From the NCBI RefSeq assembly GCF_004010195.1, contig NC_057718.1, positions 11,401,134-11,465,133 of the forward strand: a stretch of 64,000 bases of DNA, in the 5' to 3' direction. Below are positions 23,960 through 36,344 of the stretch, piece by piece (the stretch's first letter is position 1; each line of letters opens with the position of its first letter). Below the pieces are notes generated by a model. It did no database searches, had not been told where the DNA came from, and saw only the letters and a list, made by a program, of their open reading frames with translations. The position numbers and the translations under genes were made by a program. This DNA is from Chiloscyllium plagiosum. Taxonomy: Eukaryota.

Positions 23960-24656
23960 GCTGCGTATAAATGCATATTCATAGGCCCCATTGCTAAGAT
24001 CTGGCTGACTCACAATGTATAACTGTTACTTACCCAAGACAAAGCCAGCAGCACTGGCAATAAATGTTCCATTCTTTGCCACTTTCCCATACATGTATAT
24101 TCCTCGCTAAGTTTGAATGCAATTTGAGAACTTGCTTCCCCATTTAACAAGTATTTGCAGCCTCATCTCCCTGTCTGAAGCTCAGCAGTGCCAGAGACAA
24201 CAGCAAAGGCTGCCCCTTGGAATTGGCTTGCGCCAAGAACTCACTCACTGGCGGACTGACCCTTAACAGCCTCATGCAGAAGATCATCCTTAGCACTGGC
24301 TCTGCAATCTGGTGCCCTCTGGGCACAGTAGGCTCTGAACAGGCTTCCGCTGAGTTTTCTCAGTCTTTGTGAAGACTCACACTACAATGACTTCTTGTCT
24401 TAGTTCATATCACTTACGAAATTGGCAGAACTGAAATTAACATTTATTATCATTGTAAACACATCTCCCAGATATGGTCACAGACCAGGAAGAATGCACA
24501 CATGGGAACGGAGGAAAGGGAAGACCTGGGAGCTGGAATGGAATGAAGGTGGGTGGGGTATTGGATAAAACATACTTACAAATATCTTTAGAATGCCTTT
24601 GAAAACATTTAAGGAGTAAATAGAGAGGTAGATGGGAGCGCATTGTTAATGAGGTT

Positions 24657-24850
24657 AGAGTCATAGAGACATACAGCATGGCATACATATATACCCTTTG
24701 GTCCAACCCATCCATGCCAACCAGATATCCCAACCTAATCTACTCCCACTTGTCAGCATTTGGCCCATATCCTGCTAAACCCTTTCTATTCATGTACCCA
24801 TCCAGATGCCTTTTAAATACCAGTGTCCACACTTCCCCTGGCAGCCCATT
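24657..24850 (-). mobile_element. HER1-like CR1 tail
   Basis: agagtcatagag...ccatccatgccaaccagata...atccagatgccttttaaat. Confidence 0.8.
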
Positions 24851-25274
24851 CAGCTCTGCTGATGAAGCAGGCCTAGGAGCCGGGGTGGGTGGGTGTGGAG
24901 GCGGGGAGGTGGGGTGAGGTTGCAGGGGGTGGGGGTGGAGGTGACATTGTAGAGTTGTTGGAGCTCAGGAGGCCATTTGTCCCGGTATGTCTGTGCCAAC
25001 TCTCTTCAGGAGCAGCTCACCTTATTCTCTTGGATTTTTTTTTGAGACGTGGTGTGTGTTTGGGCTCGAAGCTAAACAATTCCGTTGCACTGTACCACGC
25101 TTCCCACATGTGTCATGCTACAAGTGAAGTCAGTAAGATGGAGACCGAGAGCTTCATACCATTGGGCCACCTGCCATGATATTTTCATGACAGTATATCC
25201 CTTGCCGATGTACCACATTGCTGCTTCAAGACATACATTGTGAGAGGGATATAAACAGTTCACAGAGAGACATT

Positions 25275-25670
25275 GGTAGGTTAGGTAAGTGGGAGAGAAG
25301 TTGTTCATTTTAGAAGGGAGAACAAACAAACAGACTATTACTTAAGTGGAGAAAAACTGCAGAAACCTGCAATACAAAGGGACTTGGGGGAATTGGGCAC
25401 AAAACACAGAAAGCTAGCTCACAGGCACAGCAGATAATCAGGAAGGCGTATGGAATGTTGGCCCTTATTTCAAGAGGGTTGGAGTGTAAGAGTAGGGAAG
25501 TCTTATTGTGACTGTACAAGGTGCTGGTGAGACCACACTTGAAGTACTGTGAGTAATTTTGATCCCTTATTTAAAGCAAGATATTGTTTCATTGGAGGCA
25601 GTTCAGTGAAGGTTTGCTGGGACGATTCCTTCAATGGAGAGATTGCCTTATGAGCAACAGTTGAATTGTT
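25275..25670 (+). mobile_element. CR1 ORF2 internal fragment
   Basis: ctgtacaaggtgctggtgagaccacacttgaagtactgt (LYKVLVRPHLKYC). Confidence 0.75.
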
Positions 25671-25714
25671 GAGGGTATCATTCAGTAATCTAACATTTGC
25701 CTTCTCATTTCCAT

Positions 25715-26060
25715 AAGAGTAGAGTACAGTAGCTTTTATTTGTCATTTCTACCATATACAACTGATACAGTAAAAAACAAGACAGCCTTCCTCCAGTACC
25801 AAGGGTGCTACATGAACAGTACAAACTGCACAATTGTGCACAGGGCTGGATAAATTGTATAGGAAGTGCAACACTCAACTTACAGTGTAATAAACGAATG
25901 ATAATTAATAGACATTTTTCTAGCAGCAATTCGAAAGAATTTCAGATGGAAAAGAGTCTGATCATACAGTGTTCAGGAGCCTGATGGCCTGGGGGAAGGA
26001 ACTGTTCCAGAGTCTGGCTGTGTGAGACTGAGTGCTCCGGTATCTTCTGCCAGATAGTGT
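25715..26060 (-). mobile_element. Rex1/Babar-like LINE 3' tail
   Basis: ttttatttgtcat...agtgttcaggagcctgatggcctgggggaaggaactgtt...tatcttctgccagatag is similar to 42450-42700. Confidence 0.5.
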
Positions 26061-26264
26061 GTAGCTTTCTGATTTATTGAAGCAGAGTACAAGGTCTGTT
26101 TGTACCTTTCTTTTACTTGCTTTGTTGTTGTGTCCTTTTGGTTTTCCTTATTTTGCTTCAGGTTTTCATTATTTTTAATGGCTGCCATCTCCTTAAGAAG
26201 GGTTTTGTGAGAATGGGTGTAAGACCTTTCAGAGATAAATGTTTGTTTATAGCAGCTTTCAGTC

Positions 26265-26266
<2 letters not shown>

Positions 26267-26294
<28 letters not shown>
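26267..26294. repeat. (GA)n microsatellite
   Basis: Pure GA tract. Confidence 0.9.
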
Positions 26295-26299
<5 letters not shown>

Positions 26300-26701
26300 A
26301 CCAGATAAGGAGTAGTGATGTTTGCGCCATTCCATTTTTGGTGCCGAATTGAAAAAAAAGCTTGCATAACCAACTGCACATGGATAAGCTTCTTCAGGGT
26401 AAAAAAAAAATCACTTTGCGAAGCTTAAACTTCTGTATTCTCCAACAGGAAGGCTTAGCAGTTACTGTCACTATTCATTTAAGCCTGTAGGAAGCCTTTT
26501 AACCTTCAAATTTTCTTCAAAATACTGAAGAAGTCCTTTGACTGTATACCTTAGCTTCTACGTCAGGAAGCAGACTGAAACTTTGCTTTTTTAGTTTGTC
26601 TTAAAGAGGGCCTCAGGCCTTCGGGTCTTGAACTTCAAGTCGGTAGAAAGTAAATCTGCTTCTTGTCTAACTAAATTCGAAGTTGGTCATCTGAATGCTT
26701 G

Positions 26702-27762
26702 GAGACAGTGAGGACTGCAGATGCTGGAGGTCAGAGTTGAGAGTGTGGTGCTGGAGAAGCACAGCAGGTCAGGCAGCATCCGAGGAGCAGGAGAATCAAT
26801 GATTTGGGCAGGAGCCCTTCATCAGGCATGAGGCTGGGAGCCTCCCGGGTGGAGAGATAAATGGGAGGGGGCGGGGCTGGGGAGAAGGTAGCTGAGAATG
26901 CAATAGGTGGATGCAGGTGGGGATAAAGGTGATAGGTCAGTGAGGAGGGTGGAGCAAGTAGGTGGGAAGGATGATTGACAGGTGGGACAGGTGATGAGGG
27001 CGGTGCTGAAGTGGCAGATTGGAACTGGGGTAAGGTGGGGGGAGGAGAAATGAGGAATCTGGTGAAGTCCACATTGATGTCCTGGGGTTGAAGGGTTCCA
27101 AGGTGGAAGATGACGCGTTCTCCCTTTAGGCGTCAGGTGATAAGGGAGCAGTGGTGGAGGCGGCCCAGGACCCGCATGTCCTTGGCAGAGTGGGACGGAA
27201 TGCTGGGGTTGATTGGTGCGGGTGTCCCGGAGATGTTCCCTAAAGCACTCTATGTGAAGGCGTCCAGTCTCCCCAGTGTAAAGGAGACTGCGTCGGGAGC
27301 AACGGTTACAATAAATGACATTTGTGGGTGTGCAGGTGAAACTTTGATGGATATGGAAGGCTCCTTTGGGGTCTTGGGTGGAGGTGAGGTGGGAGGTGTG
27401 GGCGCAGGTTTTGCAATTCCTGTGGTGGAAGGAGAAGGGCGCCAGGACGGGAGGGTGAGTTGTAGGCGGCGTGGATCTGACCAGGTAGTCACGGAGGGAA
27501 TGGTCTTTCTGGATAGGGGTGGGGAGGGAAATGTATCTCTGGTGGTGGAGTCCGTTTGTAGGTGGCAGAAATGTCGGCGGATGATGCGATTTATGCGGAG
27601 GTTGGTGGGGTGGAAGGTGAGGACCAGGGGGTTCTCTCCTTGTTGCGGTTGGAAGAGTGGGGTTCGAGGGCGCAGGTGTGGGATGTGGGATGTGGATGAG
27701 ATGCGTTGGAGGGCATCTTCAACCACGTGGGAGGGAAAGTTGCAGTCTTTAAAGAAGGATGC
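26702..27762 (-). mobile_element. Penelope-like retroelement, 5'-truncated: RT-linker, GIY-YIG endonuclease and 3' tail
   Basis: Minus-strand frames give PLVLTFHPTNLRINRIIRRHFCHLQTD, then FTCTPTNVIYCNRCSRRSLLYTGETGR...FREHL (GIY-YIG, about 27230-27340) and FHLGTLQPQDINVDF. Frameshifted. Ends in the tail seen throughout the window. Confidence 0.9.
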
Positions 27763-28669
27763 CTTTAAAGAAGAATGCTTTACAAACCCGAGCTGTCTAA
27801 TCTTTAGCGAGGATTCTTTAATAATCAGGTATTCACGCTTATGAGTGTACCACCACCACAATATGATGTGATGTGATAGCTGATGTCGTCAGATGTTGTG
27901 GTGTGGTACTTGTCTTAGCTCCCGTAACCTAAGAATGAGACATGGGCCATGTAGTGCTGAGGAATTCAATGAATCTTTCTTGCAACACCTGCTATCCACA
28001 TATTTACAGGACAGTTAGAGGGATTGGTGTATCTGGGCCTAAGCTAAGTAATTTAGCTGTACAGGACCATGCTACCCACAACATGCTGCAAGAGGACTTC
28101 AGTAAGATGGAGACTGAGAGCTTCATACCATTGGGTCGCATGCCACGATGTGGTGATGACTTCATGAGCGTGTTCCTTAAAGGTACACCGCTCTGCAATT
28201 GGGAGCTATAACCCTCCACTTGGAAACCTGGATACTGATCAGAAAATCTCAATCTGACACTGTAGGGAGCCTAACAGACACCAGGAAAATCCCAATTGCT
28301 TAATAAGTGAACTGTCGCTTGCATGCAGACCCTCTCCCCTTGATTGGCCCTCCTGTAAAATTGCTCAGGGGCAGGATAATCCCAGTGCACTGGCTGATTT
28401 TGCCAAACTTTGTGTCTGCCAACTCTGCCCCCTCCCCCACCACCCACATTCCTGGTCCCATACTGGGATTACAATCCTGTCTCTGGTTGTAGGTCTATTG
28501 ATGAGGGAAGCAGAAAACAAGATTCTTTTCCCAACTGTGGTATAAAGGCTTTAAGATTCTGGAGTAATCAGTACGTTGTGTTACTTTAATGTTCAAATCT
28601 GAAGCAAGCTTTCTTTCGCCACCAACTGGTCTTGAAGTCTCACAGTGGATCCAAGTCAATGTGTATTTT

Positions 28670-28825
28670 AACAGGATATGACATCACCATAGGAAATAAT
28701 GTCACTACAGGAAATGACATCACCAACCCAAGGAAACTCAAATATATGAAGATGTTATCTGGTATGGTGATGAAATGTCTGAAAATGAACCTTCCAGCTC
28801 AGCGAGCAAATCTACATCCAGAACT
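28670..28825 (+). mobile_element. PLE-tail family 2 fragment
   Basis: ggtgatgaaatgtctgaaaatgaaccttccagctcagcgagcaaatctacatccag matches 6394-6449. Confidence 0.75.
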
Positions 28826-28889
28826 GTGTCCCCAGGTTTCACACCTCAATTATCAGTCTTCATGTGAGTCAACTGATGGTGTCAGGTGA

Positions 28890-29226
28890 GTTTGAGAGAC
28901 TGGGAGATGTGTGTTCTAGAGACTGGGAAACCTGGGTTCTGTGATCTGGAGGTTGAGAGATATGCGTTCTATGATACTAGAAGATCTAGGACATGGGAGA
29001 CTGGGAGATCTTGAATCTGGGATATCTGGGACACTGAGAGATTTGGGCTCTGGGATCTGGATATTGGGAGATATGTGATGTGATACTGGGAGATCTGGGA
29101 TCTGGGAAATCTGGGATACTATGAGATTTGGGTTCTGGGATCTGGATATTGGGAAATCTGGGTGACTGGAAGATCTGGAATCTGGAGGTGGGGAGTTCTA
29201 AGTTCTGAGAGATCTGGGATATTGGG
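28890..29226. repeat. Degenerate short-period minisatellite (ctggga/gatctgg-rich)
   Basis: Recurrent ctgggagat and ctgggat words. A ~35-bp block recurs at 29038 and 29123. Confidence 0.75.
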
Positions 29227-30547
29227 CAGCTTGTTGGTCAGCTCTTTTGCTCAATGTGTGGCATAATGAGAGTGAATATGTTGATGATGATGACATAGAA
29301 AATGATCCAATTGTGACATCAGCGGGGATCCCGAGGAGAGAGATGAATGGAAGAACTGTACTAAAGAGCTGAAACACACCCCAACAATATTCCCACATTA
29401 CTATGTAAATGCGAAAGTTGGTTGGAATGAGATAATGACTGGATAATCAGTTTGCATGGTATTGTTTGAGGGACAAGGGAAATATGAACTAGGACATGAG
29501 GAGAACGGCTGTGCTCTTCTGCTATTGGATATTTTCCACCCATGTAAAAGAAGGAGCCTCAATTTGGGAAAACAACACCTTTGCCAGTGTGGCATTGCCC
29601 TCAGCAGGGCACGACAGAGTCAGTCTGGGTGATGTACTCAGGCCTCTGGAATGGGACATGAAGTCATGATTCACTACCCAATCAGCCTGGGGGGGCACCT
29701 TCAGCCAATCATGAGCTTCCCTCTCCTACTGAATAGCAACGGCATGGCAGAGCTGCCTGGAGCTCATCGATCATGTCCATATGGCTGCCATGCAATGCTG
29801 ATTGTGTTAGCAGTATGCAGTCAGAATGTGTCACTGGGATCCTCTGTGTGAATCACACCAGCAGGACCTGATACCACTCGAATCAGGGAGAAAATAGAGG
29901 TGTTGCAGCGCTGCACAGCCCATGTAGTGCTACTGAGTGACTGCGATGGCACTGTTTGGGCAGGGGAAGAGATAGTGTAGCATGTACAATATATGAGCTG
30001 GCCAGCCCACCACCTTTACCCCCACTCCCAAGCCCCCACTCCTACCCCAGCACGGCCCCTGAACTCCCTGCCATCATTCACAAGGTGGGCATTTGCAAAA
30101 AAAATTGGCAACGCACCTGCCGTATTTCAATGAGTAGCTAAGGATTAAGGCTGAACTCTGCATTGAAACGTTAGCTCACTCTCTCTGCACGGGTGCTGCC
30201 TGACCTGTGGTGATCTCCAGCAGTTTTTATTTCAGTACTGATTCCAGCATCTGCACTAATTTGCTCCTATAGTTCAGCATTAATTGTTGGCAAACTTTGC
30301 AACTGGTATAATGTGCTGCCCATACCAAAATGTGCCAGGTATGGGTACTTGAGCAGGCTATTTTATATGAGGGACTATTGTGGCACATTGATAGTGTCAT
30401 TACCTCTGAACCAGGAGGCCTGGGATCAAACCACACTTGCACCAGAGGAGTGTCATTACATCCCTGACCAGGTTGATTGGGAAAACCTTATGGAAAAGGG
30501 AACAGGACACCTCAGTCAGCTCTACATGCACCGTCCACCCCAAAGGG

Positions 30548-31010
30548 GAGACAATGGTCTGGTGGTGTTATCGTTGGACTGTTAATCCAGAGATCCCAGT
30601 AATGTTCTGGGGACCTGGGTCCGAACCCTGCCACAGCAGATGGTGGAATTTGAATTCAATAATGGGAGGGGAAAAAAAAAATCTGGAATAAGGAGTCTGC
30701 CTTTATTCCTGATGAAGGGCTTTTGCCCGAAACGTCGATTTTGCTGCTCCTTGGATGCTGCCTGAACTGCTGTGCTCTTCCAGCACCACTAATCCAGATA
30801 ATGATGACCATGAGTCAATTGTCAAAAAACTCCGTCTGGTTCATTAATGTCCTTCAGGGAAGGAAACAGCCATCCTTACCTGGTCCTGCCTACACGTGAC
30901 TCCAGACCCACAGCAATGTGGTTGACTCTTAACTGCTTCTGGGGCAATTAGGGATGGGTAATAAATGCTGCCTAGCCAGTGATGCTCTCATCCCCTCAGT
31001 GAATAAACAA
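30548..31010 (+). mobile_element. tRNA-derived SINE (6510-6850 family) interrupted by a PLE tail at about 30700-30798
   Basis: Head tggtctggtggtgttatc...gggtccgaacc, with body and tail matching the family. Confidence 0.8.
30705..30739 (+). ncRNA. Minimal type I hammerhead ribozyme motif
   Basis: ATTC-CTGATGA-A-GGGC-TTTT-GCCC-GAAA-CG-TC-GAT. Core intact, stem I short. Confidence 0.6.
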
Positions 31011-32004
31011 AAGAAGACTCACTTTCTTCTTTAATACACTTGCCCTCCACCCTGAGCCCTGTCCAAATCCAGCCTGAGATGGTTATGAATATTGTGGTCC
31101 TGTCTGATTGCCTGTGCATGGCAGGGAGGGGTATTGTGAAGTTACAGTTCTGAAACTGGGAGGACACAGGTTGTGGTGAATGTAACTGCGAACGACAGAG
31201 ACTGGGATGATGAAGTACTGAGACTCCCCCCTTCCGAAGAGGCGCCATTTCCCACATTTTAGCTTCGACCTGCTGATTGAAGCGAGTCAGCTTCTTACAG
31301 TTAGAGGATTGTGTTGGATCCACACTTCAAGAAAGTACCTTTAAATGGCAAGATCAGAATCCTCACCTTTAAGAAGGGAATGGGATAAGCTGCTGAAGGG
31401 GGCAAGGATTGCAGGAATACCAGGAAAGGGCAGGGAAGTTGGGATGAGCTGAATAGTTCTTGCAGAAGACCAGCATGGACTTGATGGGATGACTAACCCT
31501 CTGTGTATGTCTGGGATGTGGCATTGCTGGTTATTATTATTATCCATCCCAAGCTGCCTTACTGAACCATTGCAGTTCCTATCGGGTGCTGGATTCACTA
31601 ATTCTATTCCATGAATTCAGCTGATCCGGAAGGATTAATTTCTTAAAGCTTAATTGCATGTTTATTTGCAAATTTCTGCAGTTAATTGACTGTCTTTAAA
31701 ACCCACTGAGGGACTGCTGTACAGGGAGAGCTCACTGCCTTACAGACCTCATAGCCAAACTTCTTTGTGGGGCCAGTTTGAATCTGCCCAGCCTGTCGAA
31801 AAGTTGGCATCAATAATCAGTGATGTAAGGAGGGATGCAATGTCAAAATTCCATGTAATTCCATGAGTTTCTCACCCAACCTTTAAGGGTAAAATTACTG
31901 ATCTATCTCAAAATTTGTAAAAGCTATGAAATGAATGTATCAGAAGACGCTGAAAATTATTATTTCTGGGAAATTAACAAGGACACTGGTACTTATGTGT
32001 AAAT

Positions 32005-32663
32005 GGCTTCCCAGTCCCTCCCCCTCCTCCCAGCCACCTATCAGATTCATTTCTCCCATTGACCAACCAGATCGTACCCTCTACCTGTCTTCACTGATCC
32101 CCCCCACTTAACCACCCTGCCCCCACTTCCCCCCATCTGCAGCTCCCCCACACCCACCCCCAGTCCTGAAGAAGGGTTACACCAGAAACATTGACTTCTG
32201 CACCTCCTGATGCTAGGGGAAAGTGAGGACTGCGGGTGCTGGAGATCAGAGTCAAGAGCGTGCTGCTGGAAAACACAGCATGTCGGGCAGATCCAAGGAG
32301 CAGGAGAATTGATGTTTTGAGCATTAGCCCTTCATCAGGAATGAGGCTTCTCAGATGCTGCCTGACCAGCTGTGCTTTTCCAGCACCTCCTAATGCTGCC
32401 TGGCTTGCTGTGTTTCTCCAGCCTCCTGCCTGTCCCTCCTGATGCTGCCTGCCTTGCTGTGTATCTCCAGCCTCCTGTCTGTCCCTCCTAATGCTGCCTG
32501 CCTTGCTGTGTTCCTCCGGCCTCCTGCCTGTCTAGATTCTGGATTAGTGGTGCTGGAAGAGCACAGCAGTTCAGGCAGCATCCAAGGAGCAGCGTCCTGC
32601 TGTGCTCTTCCAGAATCTGGTTTCCAGCATCTGCAGTCATTGGTTTTACCTCCTGCCTGTCTA
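32005..32663. mobile_element. Compound PLE-tail cluster including a 3x49-bp tandem repeat (32386-32532)
   Basis: Plus-strand PLE 3' end with cctgaagaaggg, then an inverted tail, tandem 49-mers and another tail pair flanked by cctcctgcctgtcta. Confidence 0.7.
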
Positions 32664-32949
32664 CTTCAGTAAGAGAGTGGCAGATGTACACACGAATGGG
32701 AACACCCTAAAACTGCAAACCCAAGTATTTTAAAAACATCTGTGCCACTCTCTCATTTCAGGGCGAAAACTGGCCACGATAGGATAGAGGGCGCTGAGAC
32801 ATGGAGACAAGGAGACAGTTATGCAGAGGATCCTGACTGACTGCCAGGTGACTGTGTCCTTACCTCTGGACTAGTACTGGAGGCTGCCTTGACTTCCTGT
32901 GTTCAGATCTCCTGGCCAAAAGCTATCCCCATTGAAAACAAAAAAACGC

Positions 32950-33255
32950 TGGCACAGTGGTTAGCACTGCTGCCTCACAGCGCCAGAGACCCGGGTTCAA
33001 TTCCCGCCTCAGGTGACTGACTGTGTGGAGATTTGCACATTCTCCCGGTGTCTGCGTGGGTTTCCTCCGGGTGCTCCGGTTTCCTCCCACAGTCCAAACA
33101 TGTGCAGGTTAGGTGAATTGGCCATGCTAAATTGCATGTAGTGTTAGGTAAGGGGTAAATGTAGGGGAAATGGGTCTGGGTGGGTTACTCTTCGGAGGGT
33201 CGGTGTGGACTTGTTGGGCTGAAGGGCCTGTTTCCACACTGTAAGTAATCTAATC
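32950..33255 (+). mobile_element. HE1-type SINE
   Basis: Near-identical to 22102-22412. Confidence 0.9.
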
Positions 33256-33560
33256 ACAGCCGGTCAGGCAGCATCAGTGGAGTGAGAGCAAGTGAACATT
33301 TTGAGTTCAGATGACACTTCAGAGCTGCCATGAAGTGTGGAGGGAGAAAGCATTCAGGCAATGACAGAGGGTGCTGGTGGAGAAAGGATGGTTACGGTGC
33401 AGATTAAGTGATTGGAATGTGAGAATGGCAATAACAATGGCATGTCCAACTGGTCAGACCAGAAAGGACAGACAGTCCCATTGGGGTTGGGGGAGGGGAG
33501 AGAGGACATGGTGACAGAGAATGTAACAAGGAAAGTGAAAGGAATGGGGAGGACCATTTG
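33256..33560 (-). mobile_element. Diverged PLE 3' region
   Basis: Begins cacagccggtcaggcagcatc (PLE tail) and continues into purine-rich sequence like 26830-27050. Confidence 0.45.
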
Positions 33561-34739
33561 AAGGTGTTGGTCTCAATTTTAAGGCCAGAAGATTGTAAAG
33601 TGGATCAAGGACTGTTGACACACTTCTTGACTCTGTGTCTGCACATGGGTGAACTCTATCGCTATAGAATGCCACATGTGTCTGTCATTAAATTCCCATA
33701 ATGAGCTATGTGTGAGGAATATTCCTTCATATATTTAAAGAGACATTTACCTTTTTACCTGAGGTATAATTTGCCTGTTAATTCACCATTGATCTGCTTT
33801 CATTCTGATGTGCGTTAAAAGTTACAAGGAGTCAAACCTGGATGGTGCTGTCTTCATTTTGGGCACATTCTGTAAATTTGTCCATTTTAGTTTATGGCTC
33901 TCCCCTCATTCCCATCACCATCTCTTTATCTTCCTTCTTAACCTGATCTGACATGGAATAAATCCCGTTTTGATTCATTCCCCTTCCCAATCCTGTCCAG
34001 GTCAACTTTCCAATCCTTAAATCCCCATTGCTTAGATGTTGATTGCTCTGTCTACTGTTTTTCACCTCTTGCTGAGCCATTCCCCGGCAATGTAGTGGGC
34101 AAAATATTTTTCAGCTGTGAGCCACAGGGATGAGTCTGAACAACAACCGTGGTTATTACTGGCCAGCCGCAGTCAATCCTGGTTAAAGCCTCTTCTTTGT
34201 GTCACGCTTATAGATTCCTGTGAGTCACAATATCCTGTATTGTTCCGTTCCATCGACAATCACTTATTAATGTCCCCGGCCAGTCCCACCATAACATTTA
34301 AGAACATTTTTTTTGAAATATAAAAAGAAAGCTCTATCTATTTTTGTTCCCCATCTGTTACTTAAATTTGCTCTTCAAAACTGTTCTGCTGTCAATCACT
34401 GTGAGTGCAGGAGACCGGAAAAGGCCTTTTCCACAGATTATTACTTCAATACGGAACGCTGTAGGGGAACCACCTCATCCCTGGATTCTCCTGCCAGTCA
34501 TTCCTTGGATATTTGTCATCTTTCCCTCCTTAGTGACTGGGTCAAGACCACAACCCTATCAAATCCCACAGACTGCAGTGGTTTAGGAAGGCTGCTCACC
34601 ACCACATGGTCAAAGGTGACCAGGGATAAGCAATAGTCCTTTTCTCGGGACTATTTAGAGTACTGTGCCTCAGGGTTTCCACACCATACCTAAAACATGG
34701 AAAACTTCATTGTACAAACTGAAGTTGAGGCAACTGTCA

Positions 34740-35020
34740 GAGTCATTGAATCATAGAAACAGGCCCTTCAGCCCACATGTCTATGCTGACCAACAACATT
34801 AAATTATACTAATCCCATTTGCTAATCCCATCCCACTTGGTTCAAAGTCAACTGACATTTTAAATGCTCATTGAAATGCTTCTGAAATATTCCTCAACTG
34901 CCTCAACCACTTTGCCAGGCAGTGTCTTCCATATTTCTGCCACTGTCTGGGTGAAACGTTTTCCTCAGATCCCCTCTAAACCACTTACTCTACACTTTAA
35001 ACTAATGCCCTCTGGTCTTA
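34740..35020 (-). mobile_element. CR1 3' fragment
   Basis: agtcattgaatcatagaaacaggcccttcagccca tail and ctgggtgaaa...cccctctaaa. Confidence 0.7.
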
Positions 35021-35214
35021 GACATAGCTGTCTTCCTCCTTTATGATGCTCATTGAAACCTCTGTGACCACCTTTCCTTTTAGCTCTCTCACTGGCTCAG
35101 TACCAAACGTCATTTATGAAGCGTGTTGAAGCAACTTCCTCAGATCACACACCCATCCTAATTTGTAATATGGCAGCGATGTCCCTTCACTGTCATCGAG
35201 TAAAGGAAAAAAAA

Positions 35215-35620
35215 ATTTCCCTCACTAACAACACCTTGATGGCACCGATACCAGACAGACTGCAGTGGTTCAAGAAGGCATCTCACCATCACCTTCCCAA
35301 GGGGCAGCAAGGGATGAGCAGCAAATGTTGGCCAAGATTAGAGTGGTGCTGGAAAAGCCCAGCAGGTCAGGCAGCATCTGAGGAGCAGGAAAATTGACGT
35401 TTCGGGCAGGAGCTCTTCATCAGGAGCTCTCATTTCTCATGAAGGGCTTTTTCCCGGAATGTCAATATTCCTGCTCCTTGGATGCTGCCTGGCCTGCTGT
35501 GCTTTTCTAGCACCACTCTAATCTTGACTCTGATCTCCAGCATCTGCAGTCCTCACTTTCGCCTAACAAATGTTGGCCTAGCCAGTGATGCCCAGGTCTC
35601 ATGAACAAATTTAAAATAAA
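35215..35620 (+). mobile_element. LINE tail (52960-53392 family) interrupted by an inverted PLE-tail pair (35334-35566) with 12-bp duplication
   Basis: caaatgttggcc at 35322-35333 and 35567-35578 flanks the PLE pair. Confidence 0.75.
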
Positions 35621-35971
35621 ATAGGTTTTACTAAGTCTCACAAAATCATTAAAAGTGCAAAACAAAGGCAGCTTATGTTGGTTCTTGAAGATTGATGTGA
35701 GGAAAGTGAGTGTTAGGAATGGAAGACATGGAACTAAACAAAGATTGGGAAGGAGGCATGTGGGAGACTGGAATGCATTGGAATATTGTCACCAATCTGA
35801 GTGGTTTGTATTGCTTGGTGTTGTCAGTGAACAGCCCTTAATCTGGAATAGCAATGTACCTTTTTACAGGAATATTCCTAGTTACTGCTTGGTCAGATTC
35901 CAGTCAGTATGATTAGTGAACAAAATACATGGTTTACCTCACAGATAGTAAGTTGTTCATTGTTAAGCTGT

Positions 35972-36262
35972 AGTCATAGGGTTATAGAGTTATACGGCAA
36001 GGAAACAGATCCTTCAGCCCAACTTATCTGTGCTGACCAGATTTCTGAAACTGAACTAGTCCCATTTGCCTGCATTTGGCCCATATCCCTTCAAACCTTT
36101 CCTATCCATGTACTTGTCCAAAGGTCTTCTAAATCTTGTAATTGTAACTGCCTCTACTACGTCCTCTGGTAGCTCCTTCCTTTTTGTGTGAAAATGTTTG
36201 CCCTCAGGTCCCTTTTCAACCTTTCCCTCTCACTTTCGGCTTACGCCCTTTAGTTTTGAATT
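35972..36262 (-). mobile_element. CR1/HER1-like tail fragment
   Basis: agtcatagggttatagag...ggaaacagatccttcagcccaac...tttggcccatatccct. Confidence 0.75.
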
Positions 36263-36344
36263 CTTCAGTCATTGGGATAATTGGAATTGTTTGGGTTTAC
36301 AAAGATACTCCACACGCTCAGGGCAATACTTACACTATCGGTAC

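Noticed and set aside
27110..27844. 244-aa plus-strand ORF
   Set aside because: Antisense shadow of the Penelope-like ORF on the minus strand.
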